64,000 nucleotides of DNA, from the NCBI GenBank assembly GCA_963924565.1, contig OZ004611.1, positions 30,132,001 to 30,196,000 on the forward strand, in the 5' to 3' direction. Shown in pieces: positions 12,601-23,240 of this stretch (the first letter of the stretch is position 1; every line of letters starts with the position of its first letter). The notes beneath the pieces were generated by a model. The model saw only the letters and a list, made by a program, of their open reading frames with translations. It was not told where the DNA came from and ran no database searches. The position numbers and the translations under genes are program-made. Origin of the DNA: Ascidiella aspersa (Eukaryota).

Positions 12601-14006
12601 CTTTAACTTTTTTAAAGGCGAATTTTAACTGGTATGACTGGAATTTGTATAGTCAACTGAATTTGGCCTTGTTTAACGTGAATTACTGAATATGAAAAGC
12701 TTAAGAATATTCAGAAGTTATCTTGGTGGTTTTAGGTGGTTTTAACTTAAAACTAGCAAGTCCTTGCTTTATGACTGAAAAACGCTTTTCAGGAACAAGA
12801 CTTGGTCAGCAAATTTACCATATTGTGATACAAACACTTTTCATTTAGAACCCTTGTAATGTAGGTGGTAATTTTGGCAAAAAGAGGTTAACGGACGTTA
12901 TTTGTGCGAATCATTTTTAGACTATGTAGAAATATAACTAAGCTCACAAAAACTGAACAAAACGCGTCCAAACTAATACGTCTGTATGGCCTTTATTATT
13001 TCTCCAACGTATTATTTTCTTAAAAAGTTTTACGATAACATTCGTCAAGTGCGACGCAGTTTTAAATGGTCGCATCAAACCGAGCCAAGTCTCTTACGGA
13101 GCAAAATCACTGGCGGGAATTCAGCTATGGCGCTTTCGAGAGCTCTCTAACCGCCACCTACGTCATAGCGCCGTTGTTGCCGCTTCAATAAACGGCGTGA
13201 CGTCATACACAGGCCGCGGGAATTCGATGACGTCATAATTAGAAACAACACTTGGATCAGATCACTTTGGCAGTGGAAACGTACAATGGCTACAGTCTGT
13301 ATAGTGTTTAGCACTGTACAGCAGTGCTTGTTTTGGCAATAGAGGTAGCAGCAATATTGAGGCTGGTTCTAGCTGTTTGTTGATCGTCAGCTTAATAAAT
13401 TACACGCTCGTGCTGACGATTGGGGCTTTGACTGACATAACGACCGTTGTACTTGTTTGGATAGCAACATAGAGAAGGACAAGATAAGCATCAGAGTCGC
13501 ATCAAATTGTTTTGGTTTTAATAAGATTTCCGGCTGCGGTTTGGGGCCAGCTGCTTAAAACCGCGTTGTGTGGGAGGGGCAAATTTGCAAGGGGATTGGG
13601 CACAGGTTTATCAGATGGTATAATGTCATAAAACGTATTGGGGAGCAGGATTTACTTTGCTTCAACTGAATTTACCGGAAACATTTTTGGAGAGCTGCTT
13701 ACAAAGTCAGAATATAAGACTCTCAGGCCGATCTTTCAAAAAAATGCATCAAATCCGAGATTGTGTGATAATTCGTATTTTGTGCTTTTTAATTTGACAA
13801 AAAAACAATTTAAATAAAATATTGATTTGTTTTTATTTTTTAATTTGTCAAATACCCCACTTAAAGCCTAAAAATGTTTTGCGAACCGTAATTTCCAAAG
13901 TTCTGTCCCACACAAGGCCAGTAACAGGCGACCGAGTGATAAATATTTGGAATTCGCAACTTCAGAACGCATCGTGGCATTGCAAAGGATAAAACTAGTC
14001 CTAAAC

Positions 14007-14332
14007 CACGGGTTTTTAAACTGGGGTCCATTGACCCCTTGGGGGTCCGTGAACTAATTTTAGGGGTTTCATGAAGGCCAAATGGAAGAATTAGAGTATA
14101 TTTAAGAGGTAATCAAGTTTTTAAAGAAAAGAGTTAAATTAAAAATAAAACGTTTTACCACTGAATGTATTTAAACTCCATTTTACTTAAATCATCAGCT
14201 TATTTCTGTAAGTCTATTTGTATTGTGACGTCAATTTATGACGTCATTGTTGAAAATGTCTTGCCTACAGTGGTCCACGCGAAGCAAAACAAAATTTTAG
14301 GGGTCCGCGGTAAAAAACGTTTAAGACCCCTG
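14007..14332. mobile_element. hAT-like MITE (CA[C/G]GGGTTTTTAAAC...GTTTAAGACCCCTG)
   Basis: Imperfect TIRs and GGGGTCC subterminal repeats. The right half is repeated at 63020-63189, and a left-end-like piece lies at ~62173-62205. Confidence 0.75.
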
Positions 14333-14374
14333 CTCTAGAGGAAACAGTTAACTGGAACATATGAAGATACTTAC

Positions 14375-14446
14375 CGAACTCGCTTGCGCAGTAATTGTCC
14401 AGCACTGTATCGTCGATGACCGCAGCACAGGGAGCACATATGTCGC
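14375..14446 (-). CDS. sFRP1/5: sFRP coding exon 2 (72 nt; start of NTR domain, S-DICAPCAAVIDDTVLDNYCASEF)
   Basis: Not in the ORF track. Flanked on the minus strand by TTGCTTTTCAG| and |GTAAGT. Phase 1/1 joins exons 1 and 3 in frame. CxxC...xCASEF is the sFRP1/2/5 exon-2 signature. Confidence 0.93.
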
Positions 14447-17093
14447 CTGAAAAGCAACATTAGATGTTATATCACATTCGCAAATAACCCATACATGGTC
14501 GGGGCAAAAACATCAGGAAATGATTCTAGGTAAAACGCTGCAGTAGATTGCTAACGTAGGATGAAAAGCCCTTTCAGTTGCGTATATTAGACGCATGTTT
14601 GCCGATATTACAACCTGAAATCGGTTTAGATGCAAAACATTTGGACACACTCAAAATATGTGCTACGTTTTCTTTTGGAAATATATATCAATAATATTCC
14701 CGAACATTAAACAAGTAAATCAAATGATCGCTTGTAACAAATATAAGAAGCGTCTGGCATCCTTTTGAATGGTACGACTTTCAACATAAATGAAACGCTG
14801 TTGTGAAATAAAGTCGATTTCTAAGAAACTTACGAGTCCGGCTTTTCACAAATATGTTCGTTTTTGTATTCACTGAAATGACCTTCGCAACACTCAATTA
14901 ATCTAAAAACTGAAGTAATTTTTTAAATCACGGTAAAACGAATTTCCAACGACAGAAACAAGGGAGAAAATCCCACACAACAATCCATACGGGATACCCA
15001 AGCCAACAATCAGCACAACCCCGAAAAGAACCAAAAATAGCTTTCCATCGATAAGGCGCATATAATTGGTGTCAGCCGTAGGCCTTCAAAATCGATGCCT
15101 AAAGCGTCGCGAGCAAAAGAGCAATTAGGCCGAAAAAGTTGCATCTTTTTTAAGCACGTATCAGCCGCAAGATCGGCATTAGCAACTTTGCAGTGTGATA
15201 CCGGAAGGCAAGATAGAAATCTAAACAACAAACGGTGCGTAGGTTTAACAGATTTTAGGATTGATGGATCGTTAATGGGAAGACAATAATTACAAACACG
15301 CGCTTAAACGGCTGGGTTTTTTAAGAGGGGTTGCAGGATTACAATACGGCAATACATAAACACAGGGAGACGCTGTGTCCAATACTTGCAAAAAGAAGAT
15401 TGATCGTAGAAATATTTACCATAAATCGGAATGTCATAAAACCGGTAGAGAACAATGGTTTCTCATTACAAAACAATTGGAGAGTCTTGAAGAATGATTG
15501 AGTTGGAAACTTAAGACCAATGTTATTATCAAGGTCTTTGCTGAAATCCAAACGTCGAACAAACTACTTTAATCAAGAGAAGTCAACATTAGAATATCCA
15601 ATCCGATCATAGACACGTTACACAACGCGTCGCGCGGGTTATGACCTCACAGACGGGCATCGCGATAACCTCCCCCACCCCTCCACGCCAGCGACGTGAC
15701 AAAGCGGCCCATTGTGACGTCAAATGAGCGCTCGCGAGCGATACGAGTCTTATCTCAGTGGCGAAGGGGACCGCAGAATATCCTAGAAGCACGTAGCAAC
15801 AAACATGGGCAAGGGTGGGGGCGACGGAACGTCTGTCTGGACTTATTAGTTATTCTTAAGCTTGTAAATCGCCAGCGGTAGCTTTGAACGTGAAAGGCAA
15901 CGAGGGAAACAAAATTCGTATTTGGCAACTTTATTGGGATTTTTTCGGCAATTAACTACGCACTCTTGCAGTGGTTCTTTAATTGCCTAGCATTGATTTG
16001 CAACTTGAACTATGATAAAGGCAATAAATCACAACTTGAAAAATGTAGAAGAATATCAAAGTTCATATAGGAGTAGCATTTCGAACGTTTCCAATATCTC
16101 TTTATTCATTTTGAACATCAGCCTATAGTTACTATATTGAAATGACTTGTAGGGTTCACCCGACTCATAAACCTTAGATTTGACAATTTTTCCAATTTCA
16201 ATTAAAATGGCTTTTATCAATAAGTGACTTAATATCAATGGTGCAAATTTATGGCTTTCATAAACAATATACCCAAATCTAGACAAATGACCTACACCAT
16301 GGGTAATAAACAATAGTTTTGAAATGAATCACTTTTTAAAAAGCTTTTTATGTGATTCGGTTCCTTGATTTATTTGTTATTCAAAATATTCAACCTAAAT
16401 TTGTAATTGCCAAAAAATGTGTAGTTGTGCTGTATTTCTAAATAACAAAAAACACCACTTAATTTTAGTCAGTCAAATTTTAACAATGCGTTGATCAGGC
16501 GCTAGGTTAATTTCAGACTTTCGATTAAAGCGCTAAGCAGCTTAAAGACATCGTCGCCTATCATGGCTTTGACAAAACCTTACAAAAAATTCGAGACGTC
16601 GAGACCTTATCGTGAGCTATCGCCTTTAAGGAAATGCGACCCGTTTTGCAAGTCTTTGATTCTTATCTTACGAATCCTGAGTGTTAAGTATTTGTGGATG
16701 CATACACATACCCTCAGTGAAATACTTCGAAAACCAGTCAGAGCTCTCTAAACTGTTTGCTAAAACAAAAGGCGTTTAAACAAATCCTATATATAGTGTT
16801 GTCGGCTTGTTGTGAAATATATTCAGTTTCCAAGTGCATTATTTTAGTTAGTCAGTTAAAATTTTTAATTTAGGAGAGTTTAAAACTTAAAGACATCAGA
16901 TTAAAAACTATACTTAAATCACATTTCATAAAAAAAAAAAAAGGTTTCTAGTAAACCCGTGAGTTGTTTTGTTTATTTACAGTTTCGTCAATGTGATGCT
17001 ATGTCGTGATCCACGCCATACTTAAGGCTGTACAAGAATCTATAGAAAACCTGACAATGCACTCTTTCGTTATTATAATAGCCTTAAGTAAAT

Positions 17094-17524
17094 CAGGGCT
17101 GCGGAGTCGGAGTCGGACTCGGGACTCGACGGAGTCGGTTTGTTTTGCCGGAGTCGGACTCGGGACTTGGGACTCGAGTAAGATTCCCGAGTCCGACATG
17201 CGCATGTGTAGTATCTAATTTTAAAACTGTTAAGGCGGCAAAATATAAGTTGTAAAAGTGTAATAGCAAATAGTGGACTGTTTTTAAACAAGGTAATACG
17301 GGTGGATCAATTATGACACCAACATGAGTGGATTGCTGAAAATTCACCTTAATTTAGTTGCGTAAATGGGTAAAATAAAGGCTGTAGAGTCAGAGCTGGA
17401 CCCGGGACTCGACAAAATCTTACATTTGGCCGGAGCCGGACTCGGGACTCGGGAGCCGGACTCGGGTTTATTTCTTTTGGCCGGAGTCGGACTCGGGTTG
17501 TTTTTAGCCGACTCCGCAGCCCTG
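17094..17524. mobile_element. hAT-like MITE with GGAGTC/GGACTC subterminal repeats
   Basis: Perfect 17-bp TIR CAGGGCTGCGGAGTCGG / CCGACTCCGCAGCCCTG; TSD degenerate. Confidence 0.85.
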
Positions 17525-18140
17525 CTTAAAATCACATTTCAAGGGGGCGAGTGCTATACAGCGATTAAACTATACAGCAGCTCACTTTTCCCAACTATAC
17601 TGCTGCGTAACTTAATACCACATCACGTATTGCTGTAAAAATCAACGCAATAAGGTTCAATTTCCTATAGGTACAAACAGTTTGCAAAATGTTGCGTAAT
17701 TACTAGAAATAGTCAAAATTCAGAGTGATTAAAAATTGATCTCAACTAGGAGTTATTGTCAAATACTTGTCTTTTAAGTGTTAACAATCTATTTCTCGTA
17801 GTATAGCAACATGTGTTAGATTGATCAAATCAAAGACAAAGTGATAATTAAATAAGTTGTATAAGAAAATTCATTGCATATCGCCAGCTAGGACTTTGGC
17901 TGTCCACAAAATCCTGCCTTGTCGCTTAACATCAAGTCTCGTGATAATCACTGAGGAACATCGTCGTATAACGTCTCATGGATCCCACACACAATGCAGG
18001 CGATTTGCCAGGCGAGCATTAGTGATAAAGATCTCGCCGCTCAGCTAATCTGTACATTATCGGATAACATCTCTCCTGGTAAAGTCGTATCACGGCCTGC
18101 TGTGTCTGTGGAGAAGTTGGGCTGTTTGTGGGTTAAGGTT

Positions 18141-18470
18141 AACCCTTTGAGAACGACTGTAGCTTGGTTAGGAGGAATGACGTTTTGTGAGGATATTGAC
18201 TGGACTGAGTAACAATTTTTAGTGATTCTGATATATTTAATAGGGATTTTCAATTAGCACGAGAAATTATTAAATTAAAAAAAAATTAATATCAATTTTT
18301 CCAAGGCAAACCTTTGAGAACGACTGTAGCTTGGTTAGGAGGAATGACGTTTTGTGAGGATATTGACTGTACTGAGTAACACTTTGAGTGATTCTGATAT
18401 GTTTAATAGGGATTTTCAGTTTGTACGATAATTTAATGAATTAAAAAAATATTTTTAAAGTCAATTTTTG
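18141..18470. repeat. Tandem duplication, ~168-bp period
   Basis: CCTTTGAGAACGACTGTAGCTTGGTTAGGAGGAATGACGTTTTGTGAGGATATTGACTG is identical at 18144 and 18311. Confidence 0.92.
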
Positions 18471-19555
18471 CAGGCCAAAATCCAAATATCCGTCATCTTT
18501 TCATCAAAATATTATTGTTTTTTGACAAGATAATGTTTTTTATTCAGGATATTGTTTTTTGACCGAAGCGACTAAAAATTATGGCAGAAATACTTTTAAA
18601 ATGTTATTTTCGTATTTGTAAAAAAATAAAAAAAATCGTATTGTAGTTTTAATTCCATGTCAAATAATAGGTTAAGTATCCATAAAATCATATTCACAAG
18701 TTATAACGATTTTAGCTTATCGTTTTAACTGAATATTCTTCCATATAGTTTTCACAATAAACTGAAATCAGCATCTTACTGTTTTCTTAATCCGATTTAT
18801 AATGAATTGCTGTCATGGTTAACATTTTGCAAGAGCTCATTTTAATGAAAAAGTTGCTCTTAGCTATTTCAAAACGACAGAATTGTTTAATAAAAGAAAA
18901 GCCTTTGCCATGTTTCCAACCTGGAAGAACCCTAACACACCATAGACATTGTTACGTGCTTAATTAGCACTACAAAATTATCACCGGTTGCTAATTACAA
19001 CGACTGTAAATTCTAACATTCATTATTAATTTTGCGCCTTTGTTCTTAAATTTAGGGCTAGAAATTAGGTTTTCGCATTTCGAGACATGTATAATTTGCA
19101 GTAACAGACATGGTTCACCGAAAATCACAAACAAACAGGCAGTTTTAGAAAATACAGAATAGTACACACCCGAAATAAAGTTGCTCATTTAAATAGTGAA
19201 ACAAAAGTTAAGATTGATTAAAGAAAATAAAATAGAATTATCCCCCTTTTTAGTCAAATTCAGAACAACAAATATAGGTTTAAACTAAAGCTCTTATTGC
19301 CAAAAATAAAGCTGTTAAATACTAGCATAAAGTAAAAAAAAAGAGTTTGTACATATCACGACATAAGTGTGAAAAATTCGCCCGATCAAATTTAATAGCG
19401 ACGGACTGGGATTTGAACTCACAACCCCAGGAATTCACATATGCTGTCAAATACGCCTCCTCTTAATAAAAAAATTGACAATCTCGCTTTAGGTAAAGGC
19501 CCTGGTGACGTGAAAATTCGAATTCATAACCTCGGGAATTCGTGGCCAAAAAGAG

Positions 19556-19993
19556 TATAGAATTAGCAGCTACAAAGACCTAATCTTTTAAACAACTGCT
19601 TAATATATAGAATTAGCAGCTACAGAGAATAAATGTTTTGAACAACTGCTTGATATATAAAATTAGCAGCTACAAAGACCTAATGTTTTAAACAACTGCT
19701 TAATATATAGAATTAGCAGCTACAGAGAATAAATGTTTTGAACAACTGCTTGATATATAAAATTAGCAGCTACAAAGACCTAATGTTTTGAACAACTTCT
19801 TAATATATAAAATTAGCAGCTACAGAGAATAAATGTTTTGAACAACTGCTTGATATATCAAATTAGCAGCTACAAAGACCTAATGTTTTGAACAACTGCT
19901 TGATATATATAATTAGCAGCTACAAAGACCTAATGTTTTGAACAACTGCTTAATATATATAATTAGCAGCTAAAAAACTTCTTTTGAACAACT
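19556..19993. repeat. 50-bp minisatellite, ~8.7 copies, with A/B alternation
   Basis: AATTAGCAGCTAC recurs every 50 bp from 19561 to 19911, with a partial unit at 19961. Confidence 0.97.
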
Positions 19994-20657
19994 ACTTTTT
20001 GGACAGCCCCCCAAACCCAAAAACATCATAAAAATCTTGTAAATTGATCGGGCTTTGACGTACTTGCGTGATTGAAACGGCTGGGAGTGAGGCCTTTGTC
20101 TTGGGAGGGATCTGTTGAGGGAAACACCGAAAAAAAGAGAAAGTCAAGTTGGTGTTGAAAGTGGAAAAACGTAAAACACCAAGACCACAGGAAAGGGCAT
20201 GCTGCAAGAACAAAGGCAACCCACTACACTTCATGCAATTTTTCGAAGGGTAACACTTCGAGGTTGTGACGACGACGTATTAAAACCTGTACGTCATGCA
20301 CTTCCAACGCGAAAAACCAATAAGTTCGATTAAATCTGGGGACAAAAGTCGTTCGGGAAGATTTACTAAAACGATAAGCAAAGCGCTTCGGGATTTAAGG
20401 TTTTCGATCGCTTTGCTCTTTTCAAAACGTGAAACTTTAGCTTGGTGCGTGGTTCGTTTGACGCACATTCGGCGTAAAGACGTACAGCTGACGCTTTACA
20501 GGGCATTAGCGGGGCCTGGAGAGGGTAATTTCAAGGGGCAAAGTCGACTGTTTGCAAAATAAAGACGTGGTGAGTTATTACGGACTTCATCCAAGTCACG
20601 ATTTATTTTCTCGCTATAAAGCCAAGGTAAACCAACTACGCCTGTCTCTGAACTATA

Positions 20658-20886
20658 CAGAGTAGCCCAAAAGTAGGCTTACAGTTATTCCACAGCGTTG
20701 GCTTGGAAGAAGAGGTAGCATTGAATGCATTGAATGGCCACCACGCTCACCTGACCTGACACCAATGGATTTCTTTTTGGGGGGTGTTGAAAACAAGGTG
20801 TATGAGAAAAACCCCAAAATAATAAATTTACTTTTAGACCCAAACCCTACTTTCTATAACTGTAAGGCTACTTTTGGCCCACTCTA
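20658..20886 (+). mobile_element. Internally deleted Tc1/mariner element (rosa/DD41D-like) with transposase fragment
   Basis: TA-flanked TIR CAGAGTAGCCCAAAAGTAGGCTTACAGTT with inverse AACTGTAAGGCTACTTTTGGCCCACTCT. 20690-20818 translates PQRWLGRRGSIECIEWPPRSPDLTPMDFFLGGVENKVYEKNPK (WPPRSPDLTPxDFF motif). Confidence 0.88.
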
Positions 20887-21186
20887 AATAATTGAAGAAC
20901 TGGTGTTTACAGAAATGAAATAACCATTATAAACGTTATACATCGGCCTAAAAAAATTGCTCGGGGTTGGTTATAAGTCAATATGCATGCTTGAAACGTA
21001 ATGCTTGGGTATAAACGGTTTAATTTGGTAAAACTTGTTTTTAATCAAAATTGTTAAAGGGATTGCAAAAAAGTGACTTTTTTTATAATAAAATAGAATT
21101 TTAGTTACAAACTAGACACGATAAAAGCACATTGAATTGATTTTAAAAAACGCCTAACCGGATCAAACTGCAACAGTGAGCAAAAC

Positions 21187-21452
21187 CAGTGTTTCCTAAC
21201 ATTTTATGGCTTAATGCACCACTTACAAATTAATAAATTGCGCAACCCCTACAAGAATGTTGCACTAAGTAATTTACCGTAAATGTAACAATAAATGGAA
21301 CTGAAAGAACATCACAATATGCAGGAAGATGCCTTTTGAATTAATCTACTGTAATCGTATATAATTGTGTCAAGAGGTAGATCAATTAAGCATTTTATAT
21401 GCCAGTCAGCACCCTTGAGCATTAGAAATGTCACCCCAGTTGGGAACCACTG
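21187..21452. mobile_element. Old hAT-like MITE
   Basis: CAGTGTTTCCTAAC ... GTTGGGAACCACTG imperfect TIR; no clear TSD. Confidence 0.6.
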
Positions 21453-23064
21453 CTATACCAAAGTTCAATTTATTGACCTTTGTTTACAATTACAACAGTC
21501 AAGTGCTCAGTAGGGAGTCGAGCAAATTGACGTCTCTGACATATACCGTCGCACCTGTGCAAAGTAACTTCGCGTCATTTAAGCCAACGGACAAAAACAA
21601 GTAAGCCCTATCTGTGTTTGTATCAATTCCTTAGTTCTATAAAGATAACGCAAACGCTTTGTCCAAAAGTCGCACGAGCTTGGGCGATTCTCTTAAGCTG
21701 CTTTAAGCTTTAAACGGATAATTCTGTTTTTCGTTTTTACGTAGGGTTTTAACGTAAGTTTTCCTAACATTTATTATGTGACAATATCAGTACTGTTTTA
21801 AAATCATGTGTTATTTTTCCACTTTTATTGTTATTATATTTACATGATTTAGCGTTTAACTAACAGATTTATACTTTTGTAATTTAAACACGCCTGGCAA
21901 ATTAAATTAACGATCTTGAAGTTGCTTTTCTACAATCACTGCTTTGAACTAACTAAGTATAACAAGGTCCCTCGTATAGTATTGATTTCGTTTATGGCCA
22001 ATCGTACGACTAGACAAAGTGCAAAGACCAGGTTTCATGATTTTATCTATTGAAAATTACCAAGAAATTAAACTTAATACTACAACAATGAGGTATTAAT
22101 TGGACAGATTGATTAACAACTTACAAAACGTTTGGTAAGTTGTTAAAACTTTCAATGAACTTTTTTTTTATTTCAATTGGTTATACAAGACTATTAAACC
22201 TTGCAAAGTTTTTTTTTTAAATTGTTTCAAATTACGAAGGTTTTTTCCAAAATAAAAACAAAAAATACGACCAAAAAAATAAATAAAAGCCACCGATAGG
22301 GTTAAAAAATCGCGTTGTTTTGCGTGATGCACCATTCGGGAATTCTGCGGCCGGGGTTTGCGGCTAATTGGTCCCGCCCGGGTTAGAGTGAGCATGACTA
22401 AAACGCCCCGGTTCCCGGCCCCAAATTGTCCCCTGGTGACTGAGCTCTTCGCGGGTGAACGAAAATCGGCAAGAATGCGACGTTTCATCGGCGCCTTCCC
22501 TGCCACTTGACGTACAACCGCCAGACAACGCCCCTGCCGCCTGACGTTGTTTGCGTTGCGTTCGCCAAACGAAAGTGTGCAGATTGAATTAAGTTATCAA
22601 GCGCTAATGGATCTGTTTGAAAGACGCATGGAGTCTGTGTTACGTCATAAAAAGAGAATAAACTGCGTAAGAAATCGATTTCGACGATTTACGAGGGTTT
22701 TCGCAGTTAGGACTATATGGGTTATAGATGGACGGCTTTTCCACAATAAATACATTTTATGCTGAAATTGAAACGGCTCTTTACAGAATATATGTATGGC
22801 TTTCGCTTTTGAACTGGAAACATTCTGTTTTGAAAACTGTTTAAAGAGTTATAAAATGGAGTCGAAATGCGTGAAGCGACTCGTATCATGTTAAGTCAAC
22901 AAGAAACTGCTTTTGAAACGAAACCGCTCGATCCGTCTTGTAAATCCACCCTAGACAAGTGGGATTAGACTTAAGACACTTCAAATGCCAATGGGCCACT
23001 TAGAGGTGAGATGGTTAGAGGAACATGTTAAAAACGACAAAAATGGGAATTTTTCAAAATAATA

Positions 23065-23240
23065 ATAAAAATATCAAAGTCCATTTTTATAGAAGTAGGT
23101 ATCATTTTGAACGTTTAGAATATCTCGTTATTTATTTTCAACATTACTATATTCACCATGTTGAAAATGCTATACCTATTTGTGTATGGGCTTTGATATT
23201 CTTACTACGTCTTACTACAACCTTCAACCATTATACTCCA
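23065..23240. mobile_element. Long-TIR MITE family (…TATGGGCTTTGATATTCTTACTACGTCTTACTACAACCTTCAACCATTAT[A/G]CTCCA)
   Basis: Inverted arms are present here. Further copies or fragments lie at ~16046-16110, 26757-26850, 42330-42618, 50115-50284 and 63760-63810. Confidence 0.75.

Noticed and set aside
16999-17638. Cluster of overlapping 63-90 aa ORFs
   Set aside because: Produced by the stop-poor GGAGTC repeats of the hAT MITE.
18141-18390. Duplicated C/D-box snoRNA candidates (ATGACG...CTGA)
   Set aside because: No proper RTGATGA box C or terminal stem; simple tandem duplication is sufficient.
19556-19993. CRISPR-like regular repeats
   Set aside because: Contiguous 50-bp units with no unique spacers, no cas genes, and a eukaryotic context.
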